DNA of 59,535 nt, the filler included, from Sandaracinaceae bacterium (GTDB lineage Bacteria > Myxococcota_A > Polyangia > Polyangiales > JADJQN01): assembly GCA_947483975.1 (NCBI GenBank). It is 4 parts of 4 records of this genome, joined end to end, with 100 filler letters (N's around TTAATTAATTAA, not from the genome) between each part and the next. Parts side by side here need not be neighbours in the genome. Positions count along the whole stretch, not along the records: positions 1 to 15,020 come from CANKOL010000102.1; positions 15,121 to 29,990 come from CANKOL010000103.1; 2 more parts are not named here. One strand, 5' to 3'. Made by a program: the position numbers and the translations under genes. The notes beneath the pieces were generated by a model that was given only the letters and a program-made list of their open reading frames with translations, was not told the DNA's origin and ran no database searches. Shown piece after piece: positions 11,289-21,436 of this stretch; position 1 is the first letter of the stretch; every line of letters starts with the position of its first letter.

Positions 11289-12344
11289 TCAGGCGATCTC
11301 TTCGAGCTCCTCGAGCTCTTCCTCGTCGAGGCTCGCCGTCGTGTCGTCGAAGTGCACGTGCGACGCCTCGTGCGCCTCGGGGAAGAAGTGCGAGACGTAC
11401 GCGCCGATCTGCTGCGCCTTGTAGACGACGCCCCAGTCCCAGATGACCTCCTCGAGCGCGTCGAGGAAGTCCTGCGCGCTCTGGTAGCGCGCGTCGCGGT
11501 CCTTCGCGAGCGCCGTCAGCACGACGCGATCGAGCTGCGGTGGGATCACCTGGTTGAGGCTCGAGGGCGGCTCGACGTGCGCCTCGTGCACCTTGCGCAG
11601 CGTGTCGAGGTCGGTGTCCGCGTAGAAGAGCCGCTGCCCGGTGAGCAGCTCCCAGAGCACGATGCCCGCCGCGTAGACGTCGACGCGCGGGTCGAGCGGC
11701 AGCCCGCGCATCTGCTCGGGCGCGAGGTACGCGAGCTTGCCCTTGACGACGCCCGCCTGCGTCGCGTGCGCGCGCCCCTGCGCCTTGGCGAGCCCGAAGT
11801 CGACGATCTTCACGTCGCCCTCGAACGACACGAGGATGTTCTGCGGCGTGACGTCGCGGTGGATGAGATCGAGCGGGCGCCCCATCCCGTCGACCGCCTT
11901 GTGCGCGTGCGAGAGCCCCTCGAGCGCCCGGGCGATCACATGGCAAGCGATGCCGGCGTGCGGCGGCGCGCGCCACTCGCGCTCTCGCTCCCAGAGGATG
12001 CGCAGATCGCGCCCGTGCACGTAGTCGAGCACCAGGTAGCAGGTGCCGTCGATGCGCCCGAGGTCGTGGACCGCGGCGATGTTCGGGTGCGAGAGCTGCA
12101 CCGCGATCTTCGCCTCGTCGATGAACATCGAGACGAACTCTTCGTCGGCGGCGAGGTGCGGCAGGATGCGCTTGACGGCGAGCACCCGCTCGAAGCCGTG
12201 CTCGCCCGCGCGGCGCGCTTTGTAGACCTCCGCCATGCCGCCCGAGCCGATGCGCTCGAGTAGCTCGTAGTCTCCCAGCCGACCGAGGCGCGCTCCCGAA
12301 GGACCCACACGCACAGAGTTCTCCCTCCGGGCCCTCGCCGTCAA
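11289..12344 (-). CDS. Cytoplasmic Ser/Thr protein kinase (start uncertain)
   Basis: IGSGGMAEVY, HRDVTPQNIL, DFGLAK, KGKLAYLAPE; acidic tail. Confidence 0.92.
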   Translation of the reverse strand: MTARARRENSVRVGPSGARLGRLGDYELLERIGSGGMAEVYKARRAGEHGFERVLAVKRILPHLAADEEFVSMFIDEAKIAVQLSHPNIAAVHDLGRIDGTCYLVLDYVHGRDLRILWEREREWRAPPHAGIACHVIARALEGLSHAHKAVDGMGRPLDLIHRDVTPQNILVSFEGDVKIVDFGLAKAQGRAHATQAGVVKGKLAYLAPEQMRGLPLDPRVDVYAAGIVLWELLTGQRLFYADTDLDTLRKVHEAHVEPPSSLNQVIPPQLDRVVLTALAKDRDARYQSAQDFLDALEEVIWDWGVVYKAQQIGAYVSHFFPEAHEASHVHFDDTTASLDEEELEELEEIA

Positions 12345-12349
12345 CGTCT

Positions 12350-12373
12350 ACTTCCTGTTTCGGGACAGGAAGT
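12350..12373. promoter_or_regulatory. Perfect 9-bp inverted repeat (terminator or operator)
   Basis: ACTTCCTGT-ttcggg-ACAGGAAGT between the Kazal/antistasin gene and the kinase gene. Confidence 0.45.
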
Positions 12374-12464
12374 GCCGCGCGCACGACGACGGAAACGCAC
12401 ACGGCACAAGGGCTAGGTGCCGATGTGCCGTGTTCGTGTCGCGCGGCGCGAGGCGCCGCCAGCC

Positions 12465-13763
12465 TCAGCGGGGGAGCGGGACGCCGGCGTCCGCGCTGCC
12501 GCTGCCGGCGTCTGCACCGCCGCCGTCCCAGACCCCGGAGCACGCGCCGTAGCAGACGCTCGTGCCGGGCACGGCGAAGCAGGTCGTGTGGTCGCAGTAC
12601 TCGCTGGCGCTGCAGCCGGTGTCGTCGAGGCAGAGGCGGATGGGCGGGGGCGGCGGGGGCGGCTCGTTGCAGGCGCAGATCTCGCAGCCCGTCGCGTCAC
12701 GGGCGAAGCCGAACTCGCAGAAGAGCAGGCAGGCGAGCGGCGCGCAGGTCACGCCGGTGCGGCAGGTGCCCCAGCACATGGACGGCGGGCAGGGCGCGCC
12801 GGGCAGGCAGTCGGGCGCCGCGCAGATGGGCATCGAGTAGTCGCAGAAGCCGCCGGGGCCGCACTCGGCGTCGCTCGAGCAGAGGCTGCTCGGGGGGGGC
12901 GGCGGGTTGCACTCGCAGAGGGGGCAGCCCGTCGGGTCGGTGGCGTAGCCGAACTCGCAGTAGAGGCCGCAGAGCTCGCCGGTGCAGGTCGGGGGCGGGT
13001 TGCACGCGCAGAGGGGGCAGCCCGCCGGGTCCACGACGTAGCCGAACTCGCAGTAGAGGTCGCACGCGAGGCCCCCGCAGACGGGCGGCGGGTTGCACGT
13101 GCAGGTCGGGCAGCCGCTCGGGTCGGTGGCGTAGCCGAACTCGCAGTAGAGGCCGCAGCGCGGTCCGGGGCCACAGGTCGGGGGCGGGTTGCACTCGCAG
13201 GTCGTGCAGCCAGCGGCGTCGACGACGTTGCCGTACTCGCACCAGATGGGCGGGCAGGCGAGCGCCACGCAGGTGCTGCCGCAGGTGCCGCTGCTCGCGA
13301 CGGTCGTGTGCCCGCAGGTCGCCTCGCAGGAGTTGCCGTAGGTGAGGCCGTCGGCGCCGCAGACGGGCGAGTAGATCTCCGGGCAGGCGCACGCCTCGCA
13401 CGAGCCGGCGCCGTCGCCGCAGGTCGGGTAGCCGGGGCCGGGCGGGTAGCCCGGGCCGCCGTCGACGTCGTAGCAGCGCGGCAGCACGCAGGTCGCGCCG
13501 ATGTCGCACTGCTCGTCGGTCACGCACATATTGCCGACGTTGCAGGGCCCGCTGTGCGCGACCGTCGCGCCAGCCGCTTCGGCCATGCACGGGTTGGCGT
13601 AGGTCACTCCGTCGTCGCCGCAGACGGGCGCGAACTCCGTCGTGCAGGCTGACGGCGTCGGCTGGACCTCGTAGCAGCCCGCGAGGGCGGTGGCGCCCGC
13701 GAGGGCGGCGAGCAGGGTCAGGAGCCCAGTCTGCGGTCGGTGCGTGTTGATGCGGTGAGCCAT
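12465..13763 (-). CDS. Cys-rich lipoprotein with two Kazal domains and about five antistasin-like repeats
   Basis: Lipobox LAGC; PVCGDDGVTYANPC and PVCGADGLTYGNSC; repeated CxLYCEFGYxxDPxGCPxCxCN. Confidence 0.85.
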   Translation of the reverse strand: MAHRINTHRPQTGLLTLLAALAGATALAGCYEVQPTPSACTTEFAPVCGDDGVTYANPCMAEAAGATVAHSGPCNVGNMCVTDEQCDIGATCVLPRCYDVDGGPGYPPGPGYPTCGDGAGSCEACACPEIYSPVCGADGLTYGNSCEATCGHTTVASSGTCGSTCVALACPPIWCEYGNVVDAAGCTTCECNPPPTCGPGPRCGLYCEFGYATDPSGCPTCTCNPPPVCGGLACDLYCEFGYVVDPAGCPLCACNPPPTCTGELCGLYCEFGYATDPTGCPLCECNPPPPPSSLCSSDAECGPGGFCDYSMPICAAPDCLPGAPCPPSMCWGTCRTGVTCAPLACLLFCEFGFARDATGCEICACNEPPPPPPPIRLCLDDTGCSASEYCDHTTCFAVPGTSVCYGACSGVWDGGGADAGSGSADAGVPLPR

Positions 13764-13978
13764 GGCGATCCTCCGAGCAGGCACTAGAGCACACGCTGTG
13801 CCGCACCCAGTATCCGCGAAGATTTGGCGAGATTGCAAGGGAAGCGCGCGTCGGAGGCAGATCCATGGCGCAGTCGTCTGTGCCGACCTGTGCCAACGTG
13901 GGTGCCCCTCGGCGGGTCGCCGTGACGCGGGCCGCGCGTCTTGCGCGGACGCCGCGCGCCACGTAAGCAGGCGGGGTC

Positions 13979-14590
13979 ATGCGCCAAGAGCTTCTTCCGG
14001 CGGTGTTCGTTCTGGTGCTCGGGGTTCCGCTCGGGGTCGCCTTCTTCCAGGCGGCGGGCGACGGGGGGGCGCGCGCCCGGGAGGCGCCGCTGCGCGGGAT
14101 GCTCGGCAACCTCACCTACGACGCGATCGCCGCGGGGCACACGCCCGAGATGGGCTACTTCGGCGACGACCGCCTCGCGCCGGACTTCACGCTGCGCGAC
14201 AAGGACGGGCGCCCGTGGCGGCTCTCGGATCGCCGCGGCAAGAAGGTCGTCATCATGAACTTCTGGTCGATCACCTGCAGCGAGTGCGTGCAGGAGATGC
14301 CCACCGTCGAGGCGCTCGCGCGCGTCCTCGAGCGCCGCTACGACGACGTGGAGCTCGTCGCGATCAGCACCGACGCGGGCTGGCCGACGGTCGCCTCGAT
14401 GTTCCCGCCGGACTCCGCGCTGCACGTGCTCTTCGACCCGGACCGCAGCGTCGTCCTCGGCAAGTACGGCACGCGCCTCTTCCCGGAGACGTGGGTGATC
14501 GACAAGGAGGGGCTGATCCGCGCCCGCATCGACGGCGCGCGCGACTGGTCGAGCCCGCTCGCGCTCGACTTGTTCGAGCTCTATCGCTGA
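13979..14590 (+). CDS. TlpA/ResA-like membrane-anchored thiol-disulfide oxidoreductase
   Basis: APDFTL, NFWSITCSECVQEMP (CxxC), FPETWVIDKEG. Confidence 0.88.
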   Translation: MRQELLPAVFVLVLGVPLGVAFFQAAGDGGARAREAPLRGMLGNLTYDAIAAGHTPEMGYFGDDRLAPDFTLRDKDGRPWRLSDRRGKKVVIMNFWSITCSECVQEMPTVEALARVLERRYDDVELVAISTDAGWPTVASMFPPDSALHVLFDPDRSVVLGKYGTRLFPETWVIDKEGLIRARIDGARDWSSPLALDLFELYR

Positions 14591-14654
14591 GCCCGCGGCG
14601 CTCGCGGTCGCGCCGCTTGAGCCCTGTGGCGCGTTGGGCCATCCTCGCCGCGCC

Positions 14655-15020
14655 ATGTGGATTCGTTTCCTCCTCGTGCTCTCGGTCTGCGCGCTCCCGT
14701 TGGCCGCGTCGGCGCAGGTCGCGCCTCGCTCGTCTGCTGCGGAGGACGCTGAGGCGCGCGCGCTCTTCGACCTCGGCACGGCGGCGTTCAACGAGTCGCG
14801 CTACGCAGACGCGCTCGGGCACTTTCAGCACGCGTACGATCTGAGCCATCGCGCGGGGCTGCTCTACAACGTCGGGCTCTGCGCGGACCGCCTGCGGCAC
14901 GACGCGGAGGCGCTCGTCGCCTTCGAGCGCTTCCTCGAGGAGGTGCCGGAGCACCCGGTGCGCCGCGACGTCGAGGCGCGGGTCGCGGTGCTGCGCGGCG
15001 CGCTCGCGGACTCCGAAGCG
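14655..15020 (+). CDS. Secreted TPR protein, 3'-truncated (paralog of 4564-5538)
   Basis: EARALFDLGTAAF..YADALGHFQHAY..LLYNVGLCADRLR. Confidence 0.8.
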
Positions 15021-15120
15021 NNNNNNNNNNNNNNNNNNNNNNNNNNNNNNNNNNNNNNNNNNNNTTAATTAATTAANNNNNNNNNNNNNNNNNNNNNNNN
15101 NNNNNNNNNNNNNNNNNNNN
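15021..15120. other. Artificial contig linker
   Basis: N44-TTAATTAATTAA-N44 (stop codons in all six frames). Confidence 0.97.
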
Positions 15121-15266
15121 CCGTCCGCTACCCGGAGGCTGCGTAATGCTGTGTCCCGAGAGACCATCGGTAAGCCGTGTGCGGGAAATCCGCACGCACG
15201 GTTTGAAAGGGGGTCCTGCCCTTTCACTGATGAACTTCATCAAATGAAAGAGCAGGATCTACCAAT
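15121..15266 (+). mobile_element. 3' end of a group II intron (end of the intron-encoded ORF, domain V, domain VI)
   Basis: ORF tail VRYPEAA* ends at 15146; domain V AAGCCGTGTGCGGGAAATCCGCACGCACGGTTT (15172-15204) with AGC triad; domain VI stem TCCTGC..TTTCA/TGAAA..GCAGGA with bulged A near 15261; terminal AY (AAT). Confidence 0.9.
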
Positions 15267-15552
15267 GAGCGGCTCGACGACGATGAAGGCCAGCGAGTTC
15301 AAGGCGCAGTGTCTCGAGCTGATGGATCGCGTCGCCGCGTCGGGCGAGGTGATCGTCATCACGAAGCGAGGCAAGGCGGTCGCGCAGCTCACCGCCTTGC
15401 CGGTGGCGAAGCCGCGGACGCTCGCGGGGTACTTCAAAGACAAGCTCGACTTCATGGGCGATGTGCTCTCGCCTATCGACGTCGCCTGGGGACCGGCGGA
15501 GCCCTCGATCGCGCCGCCCAAGGCGAAGCAGCGCCGCGGAGCGAAGCGGTGA
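15265..15552 (+). CDS. Phd/YefM-family antitoxin (alternative start 15283)
   Basis: MKASEFKAQCLELMDRV..GEVIVITKRGKAVAQL; stop overlaps the toxin GTG. Confidence 0.9.
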   Translation: MSGSTTMKASEFKAQCLELMDRVAASGEVIVITKRGKAVAQLTALPVAKPRTLAGYFKDKLDFMGDVLSPIDVAWGPAEPSIAPPKAKQRRGAKR

Positions 15553-15950
15553 TCCTGCTCGATACGCACGCGATGCTGTGGCGAGCGATGGACGACCGGC
15601 GCCTCGGGCGACGCGCGGCCCGACGGATCGACCAAGCGCTCAACGCGGGCGAGCTCGCGGTGTCGGCGTTTTCGTTCTGGGAGGTGGGCCTGCTGGTGGC
15701 CGCGGGGCGCTTGCAGATGCGCGCCACCGTCGACGAGTTCCGGCTGGCGTCTCTCGCCGCCGGGATCACGGAGGTCCCCGTCGACGGCAGGATCGCGCTC
15801 CTCGCCACGCGCCTCACGGGGATGCACTCGGACCCGGCAGACCGCCTCATCGTCGCGACCGCGCTCGAGAGGGGCGCGACGCTCGTCACCGCCGACGCGA
15901 AGCTCCTCGCGTTGGCCGCCGGGCCGGACTGCCTCGACGCGCAGACGTAG
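15549..15950 (+). CDS. vapC: VapC/PIN-domain toxin
   Basis: ILLDTH, SAFSFWEVG, HSDPADRLIVATA, LVTAD; GTGA translational coupling. Confidence 0.9.
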   Translation: MILLDTHAMLWRAMDDRRLGRRAARRIDQALNAGELAVSAFSFWEVGLLVAAGRLQMRATVDEFRLASLAAGITEVPVDGRIALLATRLTGMHSDPADRLIVATALERGATLVTADAKLLALAAGPDCLDAQT

Positions 15951-15993
15951 AGTCCGCGTGGCTGGCACGGGACGAGCGCCGCACGCGCGGCGT

Positions 15994-16091
15994 GGAGACC
16001 GACCAAGGTTGACCGGAGACCGACCTGACCGGAGACCGACCAAGGTTGACCGGAGACCGACCAAGGTTGACCGGAGACCGACCAAGGTTGA
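15994..16091. repeat. Tandem repeat of GGAGACCGACCAAGGTTGACC (21 bp, about five copies; the second has a 5-bp deletion)
   Basis: Copies start at 15994, 16015, 16031, 16052 and 16073. Confidence 0.95.
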
Positions 16092-16388
16092 GCGCTCGCG
16101 GCGCGCGGTCGGCTCACGCCGCCGCCGCTCCACCGCCTCCGCAGCGTGCTCGGAGTTGCGACCGACGACGGTGGACCGCCCCTGGCGCGTGCGCGGCGTT
16201 TCGCAGAAGGCACTCGCGGGCGCGCGCTGCCAACCCGACGATGACCTCGTCGGCGCTCGACCTCGCTGGTTCGAACCGCGAGCACGGGCTCCGCACGGTC
16301 GCGCTTCGTGATTCCAGCCGTGGGTTTGTGCGCGGAGCGGTCGAGTGGCCTCGTCCAAGCGGTGGGTTGGGAGAGCGCGCGCTCGACC
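16044..16388. repeat. Degenerate phased array of GSTCGASC-like palindromes, period about 42 bp
   Basis: 16044 GGTTGACC, 16086 GGTTGAGC, 16127 GCTCCACC, 16170 GGTGGACC, 16212 (weak), 16255 GCTCGACC, 16297 GGTCGCGC, 16339 GGTCGAGT, 16381 GCTCGACC. Confidence 0.6.
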
Positions 16389-16401
16389 GCCCGCGTTCGT
16401 T

Positions 16402-16432
16402 CGCAACTGATCGCGGGAGGCACCGACAAGGG
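16402..16432 (+). promoter_or_regulatory. Bipartite motif CGCAACTGA-N12-CCGACAAGGG, putative ECF-type promoter
   Basis: Same boxes and spacing as 6022-6052. Confidence 0.65.
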
Positions 16433-16459
16433 GCGCCACAACGTCCCCGGAGGTCCCCC

Positions 16460-17269
16460 GTGTCCCACGCGCCCTATCGCAAGTCCTACGAACTCATCGA
16501 AGCCGAGCTCCTCGCCGTGCCGGAGAGCGACCTCCGGCACCCCAACGTCGACGCGCCGTCCGCCGTGCTGACGGTGATCGGCGCGCTGCCGAAGCTGCTG
16601 ACGCTGCGCCCGCTCATCGAGCGCGAGCTACCGCGCTTCCCCCTCGACAGGCTCGACAAGCTCGAGGCGTACGCGAAGGGCTTCGGGCACGCGCACGCGC
16701 TCTATCTCGCGTCGCGCGCGCCGAGCACGACGGTCGCGGGGCTCGCGGCGCAGGCCGAGCAGGCCTCGGCGCAGCTCGAGGAGGCCGCGCGCCCGCTCGC
16801 CGCGCGTGGCCTACTCGACGCCGGACAGTGCGCGCGCTTGACCGTCAGGGCGCCCGGCAGGCGCTCCTACAAGACGGCCGTGTTTCGGCTGATCGGCTTC
16901 GTGGAGCTCTTCCGCGAGGGCGCCGCGCGGGTGGTGGGCAAGACCTTGGTCACCGACGCCGACCTCGCGGACGCCGAGCGCCTCGCCGCTGCGCTCGGGG
17001 ACGCCATCGGCCTGCGCGAGCACGGCGACCCGGAGGAGGGCGCGTCGAACGACTCCGCGCGCAACCGGCGCCGCGCCTACACGCTGTTCTGGAACGCCTA
17101 CGACCAAGTCCGCCGCGCGGTCCTCTACCTGCGCTGGGACACGCAGGACGCTGACCGCTTCGCGCCGTCGCTCTACGCCGGGCGCAGCAGCGCGCCCGCC
17201 CCGCTCGACGACAGCGCGCCCGCGTCGGACGGGCCGCCGTCGGTCTCGGGGCCGAGCGCGGAGCCGTGA
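16460..17269 (+). CDS. Uncharacterised alpha-helical protein (paralog of 6096-6968)
   Basis: SD GGAGG before GTG 16460; RRRAYTLFWNAYDQVRRAVLYLRWDTQDADRFAPSLY. Confidence 0.8.
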   Translation: MSHAPYRKSYELIEAELLAVPESDLRHPNVDAPSAVLTVIGALPKLLTLRPLIERELPRFPLDRLDKLEAYAKGFGHAHALYLASRAPSTTVAGLAAQAEQASAQLEEAARPLAARGLLDAGQCARLTVRAPGRRSYKTAVFRLIGFVELFREGAARVVGKTLVTDADLADAERLAAALGDAIGLREHGDPEEGASNDSARNRRRAYTLFWNAYDQVRRAVLYLRWDTQDADRFAPSLYAGRSSAPAPLDDSAPASDGPPSVSGPSAEP

Positions 17270-17326
17270 CGCTCGGCCCGCGTCAGGTTCGGCGCACGCG
17301 CAGCTCTTCAGGCCGCCGACGTCAGC

Positions 17327-18184
17327 TCACTGCGCCGTGTCGAGGTAGATGCGCGCGCCGAGCGACGCGACCCACGAGCTGGCGGAGATCGTGTCGCCGC
17401 CGCCGCCCGCGATGAACGACGTGAACTGCCAGGAGCCGACGAGGTCGACGAGGGGCGCGCCGCCCGAGTCGGCGACGGCGTAGCCGAGCTCGAGGCCGAG
17501 CGGGACCGTCAGCGTGTCGCCGGGGCCGGGGTCGGACACAGCGAAGGAGAGGCCTGTCGAGATGCCGAGCCAGAAGTTGTCGGTCGCGTTGACGACGAGC
17601 GCGACGGGGATCGAGACGACCATCTGGTTCGGGTCCGAGGCGACGAACATCAGGAACGCGCCCGTGCGGAGCGCGACGGACGGCGACGCCTTCCACCAGA
17701 TGGGCGCGCCCACCTGCAGCCGGAAGTCCCCCTCGACCGGGAGCCAGACCTCCGCGCGGGCGGCGACCTCCACGTCCCCGCCCACCATGCGGTACTGCCC
17801 ATACACCGACGGATTGCCGTACTTGACCTCGGGTGAGAGCGTCAGCGGCAGCACCATGGCGCCGACCTCGAGGTCGTCGGTGATGCCGTAGCTGGCGCCC
17901 GCGGCCAGCCCGACGAAGACCTCCGTGCACGCCGAGAGCGTCCCCGCGGAGAAGCAGACTTTGACGAAGCCGAGCGACGCGTCGATGCGCAGCCGCCCTT
18001 GGTCGAGCGTCAGCGGACGCTGCGCGTTGACGAGCGAGTAGCCCTGCGCCGGTACGACGGCGCCTTCACCCGCCGGCATCACCGAGCCGTCCTGCGCTGC
18101 CGCGACGTTGCCCGCTCCACCCACCGCGACGACCGCGGCGAGCCACAACCACGACGACCCCATTCGACGATTCGATGAACGCAT
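17327..18184 (-). CDS. Secreted protein, probable outer-membrane beta-barrel
   Basis: Signal peptide; QRPLTL motif; alternating amphipathic beta strands; C-terminal LGARIY. Confidence 0.65.
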   Translation of the reverse strand: MRSSNRRMGSSWLWLAAVVAVGGAGNVAAAQDGSVMPAGEGAVVPAQGYSLVNAQRPLTLDQGRLRIDASLGFVKVCFSAGTLSACTEVFVGLAAGASYGITDDLEVGAMVLPLTLSPEVKYGNPSVYGQYRMVGGDVEVAARAEVWLPVEGDFRLQVGAPIWWKASPSVALRTGAFLMFVASDPNQMVVSIPVALVVNATDNFWLGISTGLSFAVSDPGPGDTLTVPLGLELGYAVADSGGAPLVDLVGSWQFTSFIAGGGGDTISASSWVASLGARIYLDTAQ

Positions 18185-18289
18185 TTCCCCTGGCCTCTCT
18201 ACCGCCCCAACGCGGGCGGAAGCGAGTCTGCGGGCACACGCTCGCAGACTCGTGAGAGGACTGTACCCACGGTCCCCCGGAGTACAAGA

Positions 18290-18308
18290 AGGCGGCACGG
18301 TGCCGCCT
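18290..18308. terminator. GC-rich hairpin downstream of the ABC-F gene
   Basis: AGGCGGCA-cgg-TGCCGCCT, next to three CTTCGCG heptamers. Confidence 0.45.
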
Positions 18309-18341
18309 CCCTTCGCGCTTCGCGCTTCGCGCCTCGTGCCG

Positions 18342-19982
18342 TCAGCCGCGTGCGCCGTCCAGGCGGGCGAGGCGGGCCTCGTCGGCGAGGTACTCTTCGT
18401 AGCGCATGTGCAGGTCGAAGATCTTCGGCTTGCCGTCCGGGCCGTGGCCTAGCTCGAGCACGCGCGTGATCAGCGAGTCGACGAATTGCACGTCGTGGCT
18501 GCTGACGATCAGGCAGCCTGGGAACTTGAGCAGGCCGTTGTTGAGCGCCGTGATCGACTCGAGATCGAGGTGGTTCGTCGGGCCATCGAGCAGGAGCACG
18601 TTCGGGTCGGTCAGCATCAGGCGCGCGAGCATGCAGCGCACCTTCTCGCCGCCGGAGAGCACCGACGGCGACTTCTTCGACTCGTCGCCGGAGAAGAGCA
18701 TCCGGCCGAGGAAGCTGCGCACGAAGTTCTCGTCCTTGTTCTCCGAGAACGTGCGCATCCACTCGATCAGGTTCGGCTGCGAGCCGGCGCCCGACGCCGC
18801 GAAGTACTCGTCGTACTCCTTCGGGAAGTAGCCGAGGTTCACCGTGCGCCCCCAGCGCACCTCGCCCGCGTCCGGCTTCACCTCGCCGGACAGCACCGCG
18901 ATCAGCGCGGAGGTCGCCGCCTCGCTCCCGGCGAGCGCGAGCTTCTCGCCGCGCGAGATGGAGAAGCTCAGGTTCTCGAACAGCACCTCGCCCTCGCGCG
19001 ACTTGCTGAGCCCCTCGACGAAGAGCACCTCGCGCCCAAGCTCGCGCGTCGAGTCGAAGACGACGTACGGGTACTTGCGCGACGACGGCTTGATGTCCTC
19101 GAGCGTGATCTTCTCGAGCTGGCTCTTGCGCGAGCTCGCCTGCCGCGACTTGCTCGCGTTGGCGCTGAAGCGCTGCACGAACGCCTTCAGCTCCTTGATC
19201 TTGTCTTCCTTCTTCTTGTTCGAGTCCTGCCGCTGCCGGAGCGCGAGCTGGCTCGACTCGTACCAGAACGAGTAGTTGCCGCTGAAGAGCGTCACCTTGT
19301 GGAAGTCCACGTCGGCGACGTGCGAGCAGACCTTGTCGAGGAAGTGCCGGTCGTGGGAGACGACGATGACGGTGTTCTTGAAGTCGTAGAGGAAGTTCTC
19401 GAGCCAGAGGATCGAGTCGACGTCGAGGTGGTTCGTCGGCTCGTCGAGCAGGAGGATGTCCGGCTCGCCGAAGAGCGCCTGCGCGAGCAGCACGCGCACC
19501 TTCTCGCCGTCGTCGAGCTCCTTGACGAGCTTGTCGTGTCGGTCGGTGCCGATCTGCAGCGCGCTCAGCAGCGTCGCGGCCTCGGACTCGGCGTTCCAGC
19601 CGTTGAGCTCGCTGAACTCCGCCTCGAGCTCCGCCGTGCGCGCGCCGTCGGCGTCGTCGAAGTCGGCCTTCGCGTAGAGCGCCTCCTTCTCGGCCATCAC
19701 GCGGTAGAGGCGCTCGTGGCCCATCAGCACGGCGGTCAGCGTCTTGACCTCGTCGAAGGCGAAGTGGTTCTGCCGCAGCATGCTGAGCCGCTGCCCCTTG
19801 CCGATGACGACCTTGCCGGAGGTCGGCTCCTGCTCGCCGGAGAGGCACTTGAGGAACGTGGACTTGCCCGCTCCGTTGGCGCCGATGAGGCCGTAGCAGT
19901 TCCCGGGCGTGAACTTGATGTCCACGTTCTCGAAGAGGATCCGGCTGCCGAACTGGAGAGAGAGCTTGTCGGTCGAGATCAT
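18342..19982 (-). CDS. ABC-F family ATPase (YbiT/YkpA-like ribosome-associated factor)
   Basis: GANGAGKST, LLLDEPTNHLD, VSHDRHFL, FSGNYSFW linker; second NBD LSGGEK; no TM domain. Confidence 0.93.
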   Translation of the reverse strand: MISTDKLSLQFGSRILFENVDIKFTPGNCYGLIGANGAGKSTFLKCLSGEQEPTSGKVVIGKGQRLSMLRQNHFAFDEVKTLTAVLMGHERLYRVMAEKEALYAKADFDDADGARTAELEAEFSELNGWNAESEAATLLSALQIGTDRHDKLVKELDDGEKVRVLLAQALFGEPDILLLDEPTNHLDVDSILWLENFLYDFKNTVIVVSHDRHFLDKVCSHVADVDFHKVTLFSGNYSFWYESSQLALRQRQDSNKKKEDKIKELKAFVQRFSANASKSRQASSRKSQLEKITLEDIKPSSRKYPYVVFDSTRELGREVLFVEGLSKSREGEVLFENLSFSISRGEKLALAGSEAATSALIAVLSGEVKPDAGEVRWGRTVNLGYFPKEYDEYFAASGAGSQPNLIEWMRTFSENKDENFVRSFLGRMLFSGDESKKSPSVLSGGEKVRCMLARLMLTDPNVLLLDGPTNHLDLESITALNNGLLKFPGCLIVSSHDVQFVDSLITRVLELGHGPDGKPKIFDLHMRYEEYLADEARLARLDGARG

Positions 19983-20053
19983 GACGCGCCCCCACTAACC
20001 GCTCGGGGAGGTGGAGGCAACACGCCCGCGTGAGAGGTCGGCGCGCGCGGCGC

Positions 20054-21394
<1,341 letters not shown>

Positions 21395-21436
21395 GGGCAG
21401 AGCATCGGGGCTCCGCGGGAGGAGCGCAAGATCGGC

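Noticed and set aside
15021..15120. TTAATTAATTAA palindrome within N runs (also 29991-30090 and 44766-44865)
   Set aside because: Identical 100-bp artificial linkers. Contig lengths decrease (at least 15020, then 14870, 14675), consistent with size-sorted concatenation, so no cross-gap gene context was used.
15151..15264. N-terminal extension of the antitoxin ORF in the ORF track
   Set aside because: It is a translation of intron domains V and VI.
15994..16091. 21-bp repeats as CRISPR
   Set aside because: Head-to-tail units with no spacers.
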